A stretch of DNA of 64,000 bases from an uncultured Gemmatimonadales bacterium (GCA_963771275.1 CAVYSW010000010.1:640001-704000), one strand, 5' to 3'; numbered from the stretch's first letter, positions 46,367 to 57,615 are shown. Notes: generated from the sequence alone by a model not told the origin. Numbers and translations are program-made.

Positions 46367-47926
46367 CTACTCCCACTCGATCGTGGCCGGCGGCTTCGAG
46401 CTCACGTCGTACACCACGCGATTCACCCCGCGGACCTCGTTGATGATCCGGCTGGAGATGCGCCCGAGCACATCCGGCGGGAAGCTGAACCAGTCGGCGG
46501 TCATGCCGTCGCTGCTGGTGACCGCGCGCAGCGCCACGACGTTCTCGTAGGTGCGTGCGTCGCCCATCACGCCCACCGCGCGCACCGGCAGGAGGACCGC
46601 GAACGCCTGCCAGATGCGGTCGTACAGCCCGGCCTCCCGGATCTCCTCGAGGTAGATCGCGTCCGCGTGCCGCAGGACCGCGAGCGCGTCCGGCGTGACT
46701 GCGCCGAGGATCCGGATGCCCAACCCCGGTCCGGGGAACGGGTGGCGACCGACCATCTCCTCGGGCAGTCCGAGCTCGCGCCCGACCTGCCGCACCTCGT
46801 CCTTGAACAGTTCCCGGAGCGGCTCGATCAGGCCGAACGGCAGGTCGGGGCGCAGCCCGCCGACATTGTGGTGGGTCTTGATCGTGACCGATGGGCCGCC
46901 GCGGGGAGAGAACGACTCGATCACGTCGGGGTAGAGCGTTCCCTGGACGAGATAGTCCACGCCGGCGCCGACCTGCCGGGCCGTGTCCTCGAAGACGTCG
47001 ATGAACGTGTGTCCGATGATGCGGCGCTTCTCCTCGGGATCCGCGATGCCCTGTAGCCGTCCGAGGAATCGCTCCCCCGCGTCCACCACGCGCAGGTCCA
47101 TCCCCAGGTGCTTGCGGAACAGACGCTCCACCTGCTCGCGCTCGTGCAGGCGGAGCAGGCCGTGGTCCACGAAGATGCACGTGAGGCGGTCGCCGAGCGC
47201 GCGGTGCACCAGGACGGCCGCCACTACAGAGTCCACGCCGCCGGACAGCCCGCAGATCGCGCGGGCGGTGGGGCCCACGCGCTCCCCGACCGCCGCGACC
47301 TGGTCGGCGATGAAATGGCCTGCGGTCCAGTCCGGCTGGCAGCCGCACACGTCGAACAGGTAGTTGCGGAGGATCTCACCGCCGCGCGGCGTGTGGGCGA
47401 CTTCGGGATGGAACTGCACGCCGTACAGCCCGCGGGCGCGATTCTCGAAGGCCGCAATCGGGCTGTTGGCGCTCACTGCCGAGAGCACGAAGCCCTCGGG
47501 CAGGCGAGACACGTGGTCGCCGTGGCTCATCCACACGGGGGAGAGCGAGCCGGCGTCGAAGCCCCGGAACAGACCGCCCGTGTCCCGCACCTCCACCATC
47601 GCCCGACCGTACTCCCGGCGCCCAGCGCGCTCCACGGTGCCGCCACCGGCCAACGCCACCAGGTACATCCCGTAGCACACGCCGAGGACCGGCGCCCCGA
47701 GCCCCACGACGGCGCCGTCGAGCAGGGGCGCCCCCTCGTCGTACACGGAGTTGGGACCGCCGGAGAGGATGATGCCCCGCGGGCGCTGCTCGCGGATCCA
47801 GGCCGCCGAGACGGTCGACGGGTGAATCTCGCAGTAGACGCGCGCCTCGCGCACGCGCCGGGCAATGAGCTGCGTGAATTGGGATCCGAAGTCCAGGATC
47901 AGGATGCCATGGGAGAGATCGATCAT
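46367..47926 (-). CDS. guaA: GMP synthase (glutamine-hydrolysing)
   Basis: [52 protein letters not shown]. Confidence 0.98.
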   Translation of the reverse strand: MIDLSHGILILDFGSQFTQLIARRVREARVYCEIHPSTVSAAWIREQRPRGIILSGGPNSVYDEGAPLLDGAVVGLGAPVLGVCYGMYLVALAGGGTVERAGRREYGRAMVEVRDTGGLFRGFDAGSLSPVWMSHGDHVSRLPEGFVLSAVSANSPIAAFENRARGLYGVQFHPEVAHTPRGGEILRNYLFDVCGCQPDWTAGHFIADQVAAVGERVGPTARAICGLSGGVDSVVAAVLVHRALGDRLTCIFVDHGLLRLHEREQVERLFRKHLGMDLRVVDAGERFLGRLQGIADPEEKRRIIGHTFIDVFEDTARQVGAGVDYLVQGTLYPDVIESFSPRGGPSVTIKTHHNVGGLRPDLPFGLIEPLRELFKDEVRQVGRELGLPEEMVGRHPFPGPGLGIRILGAVTPDALAVLRHADAIYLEEIREAGLYDRIWQAFAVLLPVRAVGVMGDARTYENVVALRAVTSSDGMTADWFSFPPDVLGRISSRIINEVRGVNRVVYDVSSKPPATIEWE

Positions 47927-47939
47927 CGTCCCACCTGCA

Positions 47940-49178
47940 TCACGTGAGCCAGCGCGGGGTCCCGTGCTCGCCGCGCACCAGGTCTTCGATCGACTCGCGC
48001 TCGCGGATCACTCCCCATCGGTCCCCGTCCACCAGCACTTCGGCCGGGCGCGGACGGGAGTTGTACTGCGAGCTCATGGTGAAGCCGTACGCCCCCGCTC
48101 CTCCCACTGCGAGGAGCGCTCCGGTCTCCGCCGGCGGGAGTGGACGGGCGAGACCGAGGAAGTCCCCCGTCTCGCAGATCGGGCCCACCACGTCCACGCG
48201 TTCGGTCGCCATACCGTCGGCGCCGCCCACCAGGTGAATCGGGTGCACCGCCTGGTACAGGCTCGGGCGCAGCAGATCGTTCATGCCCGCGTCGACGATC
48301 AGCATGCGGCGTCCCCCGGAGTGCTTGGTGTACAGCACGCGTGTGAGCAGGACCCCCGCGTTCCCCACGAGGTAGCGGCCCGGCTCCACCATGATCTCGA
48401 GACCGGTCGCCGGATGGAGTGGCGCCACCGCATCCGCGAACGCGGCGGGGTCGAGGGCCGGGTCGCCGGCCGTGTACGCGATCCCCAGCCCTCCGCCCAC
48501 ATCCACGCTCGTCAGGGTCGTGACCCCGGCGGCACGCAACGCCGCAACCAGCGCCGCGAGCTTGGCCGCGCCGGCCCGGTAGGGAGCGTCGGACGTGATC
48601 TGGGAGCCGATGTGCATGGCCACACTCACCAGTTCGACGTGCCGCAGGTCCAGGGCCCGCCGCGCGACCGCCAGAACCTCGTCGAGCGGCACCCCGAACT
48701 TCACGCCGCGTTCGCCGGTCTGCGTGTACGGGTGCGTCTCGGTGATCACGTCGGGATTCACCCTGATCCCGATACGCGCGCGCGCCTGCAGCCGCGCCGC
48801 GATACAGGCGACGGTCTCGAGCTCCCCTCCCGACTCGACGTTGATCAGGCCGATTCGGGCGCGCAGGGCGGCCTCGATCTCGACAGGAGTCTTCCCCACT
48901 CCGCTGAATACGACCTGCCCCGGCCCGAAGCCGGCGGCCAGAGCGCGCCGCAGCTCACCGCCGGATACCACGTCGACGCCGGCGCCGAGCCCATGCAGCA
49001 GGCGCAGGATCGCGGCGTTGCTGTTGGCCTTGACGGAATAGTGGATGCGATAGCGGTCCGTCCGCGCCTGCAGGGCCGCGTCGAGCTCCGCATAGCGTGC
49101 CCGCACGGCCCCGGCGTCGTAGACGTACAGCGGCGTGCCTGCCGTGGCCGCGATGGCCGCGAGCAGACGATCGTCCAT
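47940..49178 (-). CDS. lysA: diaminopimelate decarboxylase
   Basis: [55 protein letters not shown]. Confidence 0.96.
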   Translation of the reverse strand: MDDRLLAAIAATAGTPLYVYDAGAVRARYAELDAALQARTDRYRIHYSVKANSNAAILRLLHGLGAGVDVVSGGELRRALAAGFGPGQVVFSGVGKTPVEIEAALRARIGLINVESGGELETVACIAARLQARARIGIRVNPDVITETHPYTQTGERGVKFGVPLDEVLAVARRALDLRHVELVSVAMHIGSQITSDAPYRAGAAKLAALVAALRAAGVTTLTSVDVGGGLGIAYTAGDPALDPAAFADAVAPLHPATGLEIMVEPGRYLVGNAGVLLTRVLYTKHSGGRRMLIVDAGMNDLLRPSLYQAVHPIHLVGGADGMATERVDVVGPICETGDFLGLARPLPPAETGALLAVGGAGAYGFTMSSQYNSRPRPAEVLVDGDRWGVIRERESIEDLVRGEHGTPRWLT

Positions 49179-50623
49179 CAGTAGGCCTTCGCCCAAACGG
49201 CCTCGGTCTCCGCCGGGCGGCCGCACCATACGCACGTCGCCGGAGGCTCGGCCGAGCGGAATTCCGGATCCGGCAGGACCCGAATGGTGGCCTTCGTGCG
49301 GTCCTTGATCGCCTGCTCGCAGGCCTCATCGCCGCAGTACCCGCCGTACGCGAACCCGCCGGGACCGTCCATGCGCTCGATCAGCTGTGCCTTCGTTACG
49401 CCACGCACCGACTCGGCTTCCCGGCGGTCCCGTGCGGTGGCCAGCAGCCCCTGCTGCATGGCATCGAGTTCCCGGGTGACCTGGTCGACAAGCCCGTCCA
49501 TGCTCAGCGGCGTCTTGCCGCCCGTCCGGCGGGCCGCCATGACCTGGCGCTTCGCGAGATCCCGGGGGCCAAGCTCGAGACGGAGCGGGACCCCGCGCCC
49601 CTCCCACTCGTAGTACTTGGCGCCTGGCTTCATGCCCTCCCGCGCGTCCACCTCCACCCGCACGCCGGCCCGCCGCAGATCGTCGCGCGCCCGGCCCGCG
49701 ACTTCCAGCAGCGTTTCCCGTTCACCCTCCCCCTTCCAGATGGGGACGATCACGACCTGGAGCGGCGCGAGGCGCGGCGGGCACACGACCCCCCGATCGT
49801 CGCCGTGCGCCATGACCAGGCCACCGACCAGTCGGGTGGACGCTCCCCACGACGTGCTCCAGACGTATTCCATCGTGCCCGTGGCCGTCTGATACTGCAC
49901 GCCGAACGCCTTCGCGAAGTTCTGGCCGAGAAAGTGGGAGGTACCGGCCTGGAGCGCCTTGTTGTCCTGCATCAGCCCTTCGCAGGCGTAGGTCCGCACG
50001 GCACCGGCGAACTTCTCGGAGTCCGTCTTCATCCCCGTGAGGACCGGGAGCGCCATCCACTGCTCCATGAACTCGCGGTAGATCTCGAGCATCTGGCGCG
50101 TCTCCGCTTCGGCCTCCTCGGCGGTTGCGTGCGCCGTGTGGCCTTCCTGCCAGAGAAACTCCGTCGTGCGGAGGAACAGGCGCGTGCGCATCTCCCAGCG
50201 CACCACGTTGGCCCACTGGTTCAGCAGGATCGGCAGGTCCCGGTAGCTCTGCACCCACTTCGCCAGCATCGCGTAGATGATCGTCTCGGATGTCGGCCGG
50301 ATGACCAGCGGCTCGTCGAGCTCCTTGCCCCCGCCGCGCGTCACGACGGCCGTCTCGGGCGCGAATCCCTTGACGTGCTCCGCCTCCTTGGACAGGAAGC
50401 TCTGGGGAATGAGGAGGGGGAAGTACGCGTTCTGATGACCCGTGGCCTTGAACATGCCGTCGAGGGCGCCCTGCATCAACTCCCAGATGCGGTATCCCCA
50501 CGGCCGGATGACCATGCATCCCCGCACGGGCGAATAGTCCGCCAACTCGGCCCGCATGACCACGTCGTTGTACCAGGCGCTGAAGTCCTGCGCTCGGGGG
50601 GTGATGGCTTTCTCTGCGGTCAT
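49178..50623 (-). CDS. proS: proline--tRNA ligase, eukaryote/archaea-like type
   Basis: EAEHVKGFAPE, IRPTSET, QWANVVRWE, FLRTTEFLWQEGHT, LQAGTSH, C-terminal Zn cysteines and terminal KAY. Confidence 0.97.
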   Translation of the reverse strand: MTAEKAITPRAQDFSAWYNDVVMRAELADYSPVRGCMVIRPWGYRIWELMQGALDGMFKATGHQNAYFPLLIPQSFLSKEAEHVKGFAPETAVVTRGGGKELDEPLVIRPTSETIIYAMLAKWVQSYRDLPILLNQWANVVRWEMRTRLFLRTTEFLWQEGHTAHATAEEAEAETRQMLEIYREFMEQWMALPVLTGMKTDSEKFAGAVRTYACEGLMQDNKALQAGTSHFLGQNFAKAFGVQYQTATGTMEYVWSTSWGASTRLVGGLVMAHGDDRGVVCPPRLAPLQVVIVPIWKGEGERETLLEVAGRARDDLRRAGVRVEVDAREGMKPGAKYYEWEGRGVPLRLELGPRDLAKRQVMAARRTGGKTPLSMDGLVDQVTRELDAMQQGLLATARDRREAESVRGVTKAQLIERMDGPGGFAYGGYCGDEACEQAIKDRTKATIRVLPDPEFRSAEPPATCVWCGRPAETEAVWAKAY

Positions 50624-51090
50624 GGCCGTGAGACGGTGTCCCCGCCCGCCGCCAGCGGACGGAGAAGGGTGAACGCGGTCCGGAACTGGACCCGGCGGCC
50701 GGCGCGCAGCGCCGCGGTGTCGTTCGGAGCCCACACCGCGGAGATCGCCGGCTGGACGTCGGCAACGCCGCTCGAGTCGGGGACCCCGATCAGAAACCCG
50801 ATTGCGCGCACCGACTTCAGACCGGTGTCGGCGGCCGTGGCGCTGTCGATGGCATGCTGCAGCGTGGCGCGCGCCGCCGCCTCCGTGGGCGTGGCGAGGA
50901 ACACGAGATGCAGCTCGGCCACGCGATAGCCCTCGGTCGTGGTGGTCACGTCGCGTTTCACGACACGGACGGGGACCGGCTCCGCCGGGGCCTCGCTGCT
51001 GAAGCTCGGAGGCGGGCGATGTCCGCGCTCGCAGCCCAGCCCGCCCGCGACACCCAGCAGCACGCTCAGCACACGAACGTCAAAACGCAT
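50620..51090 (-). CDS. hypothetical lipoprotein
   Basis: MRFDVRVLSVLLGVAGGLG-C lipobox; overlaps both hisS and proS. Confidence 0.7.
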   Translation of the reverse strand: MRFDVRVLSVLLGVAGGLGCERGHRPPPSFSSEAPAEPVPVRVVKRDVTTTTEGYRVAELHLVFLATPTEAAARATLQHAIDSATAADTGLKSVRAIGFLIGVPDSSGVADVQPAISAVWAPNDTAALRAGRRVQFRTAFTLLRPLAAGGDTVSRP

Positions 51091-52360
51091 TGTCCAGCTC
51101 CTCGAACGGTACCCGCCGCTCAATGCCATGCGTCAGCTCCCGCACCAGGGCAGCCCCGGCCGCCCGCTCGTCCGGCCCCACGATCACGGCATACGGCGCG
51201 CCCCGCGCCGCGGCCAGCTTCAGCTGCTTGCCCACGCCCTGCGCCTTGAGCGCGTACTCCACCGCCAGGCCCCGGTCGCGCAGGCGATGCCCGAGCGCCA
51301 GCACGTGCGCCACGTCCTCAGACGTCACCGCCACCAGGAACGCGGTGAGAATCGACGGCGGGACCGCGGGGGTCGAGCGCCCGGTCAGCAGCTCCCCCAG
51401 CACCACGTCGCCCATGCCGAACCCGACGGCCGGGAGATCCACCCCCCCGAGCGCCTGCAGCAGTCCGTCGTAGCGGCCGCCACCGCAAATCGCACGCAGG
51501 GATTTCCCGGCATCGAACAGCTCGAACACGACGCCCGTGTAGTACGCCAGCCCCCGCACGATCGAAAGGTCCAGATCCACGAACGGCCCGAGTCCCATGG
51601 CCTCCAAGGCGGTTACGCACTCCAGCAGGCCCTCGGCGACGTCGGGACCCTCGGCGAGTCCCTCCAGCGCTCGCTCCACCGCGGCGCGCCCGCGGACGTC
51701 CCCGACCTGCAGGACCCGATCGACCACGGCGGCATCCAGCCCGATGGCCTTCAGCCTCCCGACGAGGACATCGCGCGGGTCCCGTTCGATCCGGTCGATC
51801 GCCGCGTATGCCGCGGGGAGCTCCGGCTCACGGACGCCGCCCGCCATCAGGAGGGCCCGCACGACGCGCCGATCCGAGATCCGCGCTCGGATCTCTTGCG
51901 GCCCAAAGCCCAGCTTCCGGAGGATGTCGAGAGCCGCGGCGATGATCTCGGCATCGGCGAGCGGCCCGGTTTCCCCCAACAGGTCCATGTTGAGCTGGAA
52001 GTGCTCCCGTAGCCGCCCCCGCTGCTGGCGCTCATAGCGAAACAGCTGGGGGATCGAGTACCAGCGGATGGGTTTCTTGAGGGCCTGAGCCCGCGCCGCC
52101 ACCATGCGTGCGAGCGTGGGCGTCATCTCGGGCCGCAGCGCGACGCGACGCCCGCCGCGGTCCTCGAAGGCGTACAACTGGCCCGCGATCTCGTCCCCGC
52201 TCTTCTCGGTATACAACTCGAGCGCCTCGAGCGGCGGGCCGTCGTATTCCTCGAACCCATACCGCGCAGCGACGTCGTGCCACACACCGAAGATGTGACT
52301 GCGGAGCGCGGCCTCGGCAGGATAGAAATCGCGGAATCCGGGCAGCGCTTGTGCTTGCAT
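51080..52360 (-). CDS. hisS: histidine--tRNA ligase
   Basis: GFRDFYP, LRPEMT, RYERQQRGRLREHFQ, RGLAYYTG, GGGRYD. Confidence 0.97.
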   Translation of the reverse strand: MQAQALPGFRDFYPAEAALRSHIFGVWHDVAARYGFEEYDGPPLEALELYTEKSGDEIAGQLYAFEDRGGRRVALRPEMTPTLARMVAARAQALKKPIRWYSIPQLFRYERQQRGRLREHFQLNMDLLGETGPLADAEIIAAALDILRKLGFGPQEIRARISDRRVVRALLMAGGVREPELPAAYAAIDRIERDPRDVLVGRLKAIGLDAAVVDRVLQVGDVRGRAAVERALEGLAEGPDVAEGLLECVTALEAMGLGPFVDLDLSIVRGLAYYTGVVFELFDAGKSLRAICGGGRYDGLLQALGGVDLPAVGFGMGDVVLGELLTGRSTPAVPPSILTAFLVAVTSEDVAHVLALGHRLRDRGLAVEYALKAQGVGKQLKLAAARGAPYAVIVGPDERAAGAALVRELTHGIERRVPFEELDNAF

Positions 52361-52369
52361 CGCAACAAT

Positions 52370-53578
52370 TTAGCCGAACGGCTGAAACCCGGGCAAGCGC
52401 GCCATCACGTCACCGACGGTATGAAACGACCCGCACACCAGCACCGTGCCGCTGGCGTTACGCAATGCGGTCACTCCCGCGTCGAAATCCGGCTGTACCC
52501 GCACCCGACCGCGGAACTCGGCCTCCACCGCTGCCAGGTTCCACCGGCGCGCCTTCGGGGCGGACGGCGCGTTGGTGACCCAGAGCTCCGCCACCTGCTC
52601 GAGCAGCAGGGCGATCATCGTCCGCCAGTCCTTGTCGTCGAGGATGGACACCAGCGCCCGCAGCGGTCCCGGCGGGGGGAGCGCCCGCAGCGTCGCGAGC
52701 AGCGTCCGAACTCCGTCGGGGTTGTGGGCCACGTCGAACAGCCAGTGTCCCCGGCGGTCGTACCGCCCCGGCAGCCGCGCCGTGGCGAAGCCACGCGCCA
52801 TGGCGTCGGCGTCCGGTCGCAGTCCCGGGGGGAGGGCGCGGAGGACGGCGGCGGCCACTGCCGCGTTTCGTCGCTGGTGCGGCCCCGGCAGGCCCAGGAT
52901 CTCCGGATACCGCTCTTCGGGCGGCACGCGCACCACTGGGGTGGCGCCCGCACCACGGGCCGCCGCCGCCAGGACGGAGGCGAGCGCGCCGTCCGGCTCC
53001 CCCACGACGAACGGCACCCCCGGCTTGGCAATGCCGGCCTTCTCCCGCGCGATGGCGGGGAGGGTCGTGCCGAGATATGCCGTGTGCTCGAGCGCGATGT
53101 GCGTCACCGCGCTCACCAGCGGGGTGAGCACGTTGGTGCTGTCGAGGCGACCACCCAGGCCCACCTCCACTACCGCCACGTCGACTCCCCGGGCAGCGAA
53201 GTCGGCGAACGCGATGGCGGTGGTCGCCTCGAAAAAGCTGGCGCCGGTTCGCTCGATCTCCGGCAGCAGCCGTTCGGTCCACGCCACGAAGCCCGCAGTG
53301 CCGATCGGTTGTCCGTCCACCATCATGCGCTCGCGCACGTCCACCAGGTGCGGCGAGGTGTACAGCGCCGTCCGCCAGCCCGCGGCGCGGAGGGCCTCGT
53401 AGGCGAGCGTGCAGACCGACCCCTTGCCGTTGGTGCCTGCAACGTGGATCGATGGAAAGTGGCGGTGCGGATCGCCCACTGCGGCGAGCAGCTCAGCGGT
53501 CGGCCCCAGCGACCAGGTGGTCGCCCCGCCGGCACGCGGGAAGAGGAAGCCGCAGGCCTCCTCGTAGGTCAGCGACAG
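52370..53578 (-). CDS. folC: folylpolyglutamate/dihydrofolate synthase
   Basis: HVAGTNGKGS, YTSPHL, SFFE, EVGLGGRLDSTN, EKAGI, DVAHNP, GSF. The frame extends upstream through TYEEACGFL to CTG 53578. Confidence 0.95.
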   Translation of the reverse strand: MSLTYEEACGFLFPRAGGATTWSLGPTAELLAAVGDPHRHFPSIHVAGTNGKGSVCTLAYEALRAAGWRTALYTSPHLVDVRERMMVDGQPIGTAGFVAWTERLLPEIERTGASFFEATTAIAFADFAARGVDVAVVEVGLGGRLDSTNVLTPLVSAVTHIALEHTAYLGTTLPAIAREKAGIAKPGVPFVVGEPDGALASVLAAAARGAGATPVVRVPPEERYPEILGLPGPHQRRNAAVAAAVLRALPPGLRPDADAMARGFATARLPGRYDRRGHWLFDVAHNPDGVRTLLATLRALPPPGPLRALVSILDDKDWRTMIALLLEQVAELWVTNAPSAPKARRWNLAAVEAEFRGRVRVQPDFDAGVTALRNASGTVLVCGSFHTVGDVMARLPGFQPFG

Positions 53579-53580
53579 GG

Positions 53581-54432
53581 CTATGCCCCGAGCGGCTCCA
53601 GGCGCAGCATGAGCCGAAGCAACCGCGCGATGGTCTGTGCCAGATCGAGCCGCGACACGACCATGTCCACCATGCCGTGCTCGAGCAGAAACTCGGCCGT
53701 CTGGAAACCCTCAGGCAGGTCCTGCCCGATGGTCTGCTTGATGACCCGCGGACCGGCGAACCCGACCACCGCCGCGGGCTCGGCAATGATCACGTCTCCC
53801 TGCATTGCGTACGACGCGGAGACCCCGCCGGTGGTGGGGTTGGTGCACAGGGAAACGTACGGGATGCCGGCGTCCTTGAGCTGCGCGATCATGACCGACG
53901 TCTTGGCGAGCTGCATCAGGCTGAGCACGCCCTCCTGCATGCGGGCGCCGCCGGAGGCGGACACGAGAACCAGCGGCACCGCCTCGTCGAGCGAGCGCTG
54001 CGCGAGGCGCGCGATCTTCTCGCCGACCACGCTCCCCATCGAGCCCCCCATGAACGCGAACTCCATGGCCCCGATGTTGAGCGGCACGCCGGTGAGCGTG
54101 CCATGCCCCGTGAGGATCGCGTCCTGACGGCCGGCTTTCCGCGTCGCGACCGCGATCCGCTCCGCGTATCCCTCGAACCCCAGGGCGTCGACCGACCGCA
54201 GATCGCCGTACAACTCGACGAAGCTGCCCTCGTCGGTCAGCAGCTCGACATAGCGCCGCGCGTTGATCCGCCGATGGTTGCCGCAGGCCACGCAGACCTG
54301 CCAGTTCCGCTCGAACTTCTCGCGAATGTCGATGTGGCCGCACTGCTCGCACTTGTCCCACGCGTCGGCCGGGATCTCCAGCCGCTGCCGCACGGGTGTG
54401 CGCTCGCGCCGTTCTTTGCGAAACCACGTCAT
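53581..54432 (-). CDS. accD: acetyl-CoA carboxylase carboxyltransferase beta subunit
   Basis: WDKCEQC..VCVAC zinc finger, FMGGSMGSVVGEK, SGGARMQEG, PTTGGVSAS, GFAGPRVI, FQTAEFL. Confidence 0.97.
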   Translation of the reverse strand: MTWFRKERRERTPVRQRLEIPADAWDKCEQCGHIDIREKFERNWQVCVACGNHRRINARRYVELLTDEGSFVELYGDLRSVDALGFEGYAERIAVATRKAGRQDAILTGHGTLTGVPLNIGAMEFAFMGGSMGSVVGEKIARLAQRSLDEAVPLVLVSASGGARMQEGVLSLMQLAKTSVMIAQLKDAGIPYVSLCTNPTTGGVSASYAMQGDVIIAEPAAVVGFAGPRVIKQTIGQDLPEGFQTAEFLLEHGMVDMVVSRLDLAQTIARLLRLMLRLEPLGA

Positions 54433-54536
54433 GCAACGCCGGCCGACTCCTGCGGCGGTGGGAGGGTGGAGGAATCTGACGGCTCAGCCCCGCCACCGCC
54501 ACCCCCGGGCGCCACCCCTTCCCCGGGCGGCCCGCC

Positions 54537-55784
54537 TCATGATTCGGCATAGCCCCCCAGCCGTGCGTCCCAGGCCACCCGCAGCGCCAGGCCGATCGCG
54601 AGGCAGCACGTGAGCAGGAACGAGCCGCCATAGGAGAAGAAGGGCAGCGGGATGCCGGTAATCGGCATGAGCCCGACCGCCATGGCGATGCTCTCCACGA
54701 TGTGCGTGAACAGCATCGCGGCGACACCGAACACCACGAGACTGGAAAACGGGTCGGTCGCGCGGCGCGCGATCCGGACCAGCACCGCGATCAGGGCCGC
54801 GAACAGCAGCAGCGTCACGAGCACGCCGACGAAGCCCAGCTCCTCTCCCACCACCGAGTAGATGAAGTCGGTCGCCTGCTCGGGCAGGAACGCCAGCCGC
54901 TTCTGGGTGCCGGCGGTGAATCCCTTTCCCACCAGGCCTCCGGAACCGATCGCCACCTTCGACTGGATGATGTGCCAGCCCGTCGCGCGGGGATCGATCT
55001 CGGGATTGAGGAACGAGAGCAGGCGGTTCTGCTGATACGGGGCCAATCGGTTCCACAGCCAGAGCGCCATCACGCCCATGCCCACGTTCGTGAGCCACAC
55101 GGTCAGGCCTTCCAGCACGTAGGGCCGCAGCCACATCAGCAGCACGGTGAGCGCGACGATCCACAGGCCCCACGACACGGTCGAGAACGCCAGCAGCAGG
55201 CTGATGATCGGCGAGGCGAGCAGCAACAGCAGCCACGGGCTGACGCCGGCCCAGAACAGCATGGCAAACAGGATGCCGAGGAACACGATGGCGCTGCCCA
55301 GGTCGGGCTGAAGCCCCACCAGCACAAACGGGGTGCCGACGATGAGGCCGATGGGGGCGAGCCGAAACAGCGTCTCCGGCGGCTGGCGCCAGCTGCCCAG
55401 CCGCCGGGCCAGCATCAGAATCACCCCGACCTTGGCCAGCTCGGTCGGCTGACCGATGCGTACGCCACCCACGGCGAGCCAGGACTTGGTGCCCGCCGCG
55501 GTTCCGGCGCCGGTTCCGATGACCAGCGTGGCGGCCAGCAGCAGCAGCCCCAGTCCGTACACGAACGGCGTACCCCACTCGATCAACCGCGGAGAGATGC
55601 GGAACGCGATCGCCCCGCCGACGACTCCCACCGCCAGGAACATCAGCTGGCGCTTCCAGAGGTGCTCGGCCGCCGTCGGCACGTCGGTCTGGCCGGCGGA
55701 GTACAGCACCGCCGTGCCGACAACCAGCAGCGCGGCGACCGTCACCAGCAGGGACCTATCGAGTCCCAGGCGTGGTCCGCGCAT
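54537..55784 (-). CDS. rodA: rod shape-determining SEDS glycosyltransferase RodA
   Basis: QPTELAK, QPDLG, YQQNR, QSKVAIGSGG..GKG, FLPEQATDFI, ITGIPLPFFSYGGS. Start ATG 55784. Confidence 0.96.
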   Translation of the reverse strand: MRGPRLGLDRSLLVTVAALLVVGTAVLYSAGQTDVPTAAEHLWKRQLMFLAVGVVGGAIAFRISPRLIEWGTPFVYGLGLLLLAATLVIGTGAGTAAGTKSWLAVGGVRIGQPTELAKVGVILMLARRLGSWRQPPETLFRLAPIGLIVGTPFVLVGLQPDLGSAIVFLGILFAMLFWAGVSPWLLLLLASPIISLLLAFSTVSWGLWIVALTVLLMWLRPYVLEGLTVWLTNVGMGVMALWLWNRLAPYQQNRLLSFLNPEIDPRATGWHIIQSKVAIGSGGLVGKGFTAGTQKRLAFLPEQATDFIYSVVGEELGFVGVLVTLLLFAALIAVLVRIARRATDPFSSLVVFGVAAMLFTHIVESIAMAVGLMPITGIPLPFFSYGGSFLLTCCLAIGLALRVAWDARLGGYAES

Positions 55785-57615
55785 TGGTCCGGTCTTGGGG
55801 CAGGATGGGCAGCGGCGCCGGCGCGGAATCGTCCGGCACGGCGAGCCGGGCGTCGCCCAGATCGGCCGGTCCCGCGCCCTGGAGGTAGTGGGCGATGATG
55901 CTCGTGACCATGGGGGCCACCGCCGATCCGTGCTCCGCGAACTCGACAATCGCGGCAACCACGACACGCGGCTGATCGGCCGGCGCGAACGCCACGAACC
56001 AGCCGTGATCCGGGCCGTGCGCGTTCTGCGCCGAGCCGGTCTTGCCGGCGATTTGCAGGTCGGCAACGCGTGAGCGGGCCGCCGTGCCGCCTTCGACGAC
56101 GGAAACGAGCGCCTCGCGCAGCCCGCCGAGGGCGCTCGGCGGCAGGTCGAGGCGACGCGGCGCGGCATCCCGGCTGACCGTGACCAGGTGGGGCAACGGC
56201 GCGCGCCCGTCGGGACTCGCGAGCAACGCGTAGAAATACGCCATGCTGAGCGGCGTCTGGACGTTCTCCCCCTGACCAATCGCGAGATTCAGGGTCACGG
56301 CCCTGGTCCAGCCCCGGGGGCCGTACCGCCGATTGTAGTACTCCTGGGAGGCCGGCAGGAACGACGACCGCTCGTTGGGCAGGTCGATCCCGAGCTGGTC
56401 GTGCATCCCCAACGCGCCGGCATCCTGGAGCAGGTCGGCCAGTCCCAGCTTGAGCCCGAGCTGGTAGAAGTAGACGTCGCACGAGTACTTGATCGCGTCA
56501 CGCAACGAGATGTCACCGTGGCCGTCCACCTTCCAGCAGCGGAAGTAGCGGTTGTAGTACTGCAGGCCTCCGCGGCAGGGGATGTCCATGTGACTGTCCA
56601 GGGTCACGATGCCGCGCTTCAACGCGATCGCGGCGATCAGCAGCTTCCACGGCGACGCGGGCGGATACGCGGCCTGGATGGCACGGTCCAGCAGCGGGTG
56701 ATCGTCGGCCGACGAGAGCGTGTGCCACAGCGCCGCATCGATCCCGCCGATGAAGGCGTTGGGATCGTAGGTGGGGGACGAGTAGAGCGCGAGCACCCCG
56801 CCCGTCTGAGGGTCGAGGACGACGACGGCCCCGCGCCGGCCGGCCGGGAAGGTCGCGGCGACGTAGCGCTGCAGGGTCATGTCGAGCGTCGTCCTGATGG
56901 TGACCCCCGGCTCCGGTTCGAGCGGCGGGGCCACTCCCTGGTCGCGCACAGTCCGTCCGAGCGCGTCCACCTCCACGAAGCGCATGCCGTCCCGGCCCCG
57001 CAGCACGGCGTCATACTGCCGCTCGAGGCCGTCCCGTCCCACCAGCGTCCCCGGTCGGCCGCCCGCGACGTTGCCCGACGCGAGCTCGGCCTCCGTGATC
57101 TCGGAGACGTAGCCGATCGCGTGCGACATCACCGGGCCGTTCGGGTAGCGCCGTTTGGGCTCGGTCTGCACCACGAGCCCGGGAATCAGGACCCGCCGCT
57201 CCTCCAGAGCCGAAACGGTCTCGAACGGGATGTCGCGCCGGATCGTCACCACCTCGGAGGGCTTGCGTCGATACCGCTGCAGGATGTCCGGCATTGCCGC
57301 GCTGTCCACCCCGGCCAGCGGCCCGATCCGCTTGAGGGTGGCGGCCAGGGAATCGGCGTTGGGAGCCAGAAGGCCGACGGAATAGCCCGGCTCGTTCTCC
57401 GCGAGCGCCTCACCGTGACGGTCGAGGATCAGCCCCCGAGGTGCCGGGATCGGGACGGCTCGCAGGCGGTTCTGCTCCGAGGCCAGCGCGTAGCGGTCGG
57501 CCGAGAGCACCTGGGTGCGGAAGAACGCCGTCAGCAGCACGCCGGCCGCTCCCCACACCACCAGGTTGGCGACAAAGGCACGCCGGGCCACGAGGTGGGG
57601 GTGGAACCAGTTCAT
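55756..57615 (-). CDS. mrdA: penicillin-binding protein 2
   Basis: APRGLILDR, YPPASPWK (SxxK), SCDVYFY, AIGQG, AGKTGSA. Confidence 0.96.
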   Translation of the reverse strand: MNWFHPHLVARRAFVANLVVWGAAGVLLTAFFRTQVLSADRYALASEQNRLRAVPIPAPRGLILDRHGEALAENEPGYSVGLLAPNADSLAATLKRIGPLAGVDSAAMPDILQRYRRKPSEVVTIRRDIPFETVSALEERRVLIPGLVVQTEPKRRYPNGPVMSHAIGYVSEITEAELASGNVAGGRPGTLVGRDGLERQYDAVLRGRDGMRFVEVDALGRTVRDQGVAPPLEPEPGVTIRTTLDMTLQRYVAATFPAGRRGAVVVLDPQTGGVLALYSSPTYDPNAFIGGIDAALWHTLSSADDHPLLDRAIQAAYPPASPWKLLIAAIALKRGIVTLDSHMDIPCRGGLQYYNRYFRCWKVDGHGDISLRDAIKYSCDVYFYQLGLKLGLADLLQDAGALGMHDQLGIDLPNERSSFLPASQEYYNRRYGPRGWTRAVTLNLAIGQGENVQTPLSMAYFYALLASPDGRAPLPHLVTVSRDAAPRRLDLPPSALGGLREALVSVVEGGTAARSRVADLQIAGKTGSAQNAHGPDHGWFVAFAPADQPRVVVAAIVEFAEHGSAVAPMVTSIIAHYLQGAGPADLGDARLAVPDDSAPAPLPILPQDRTNARTTPGTR

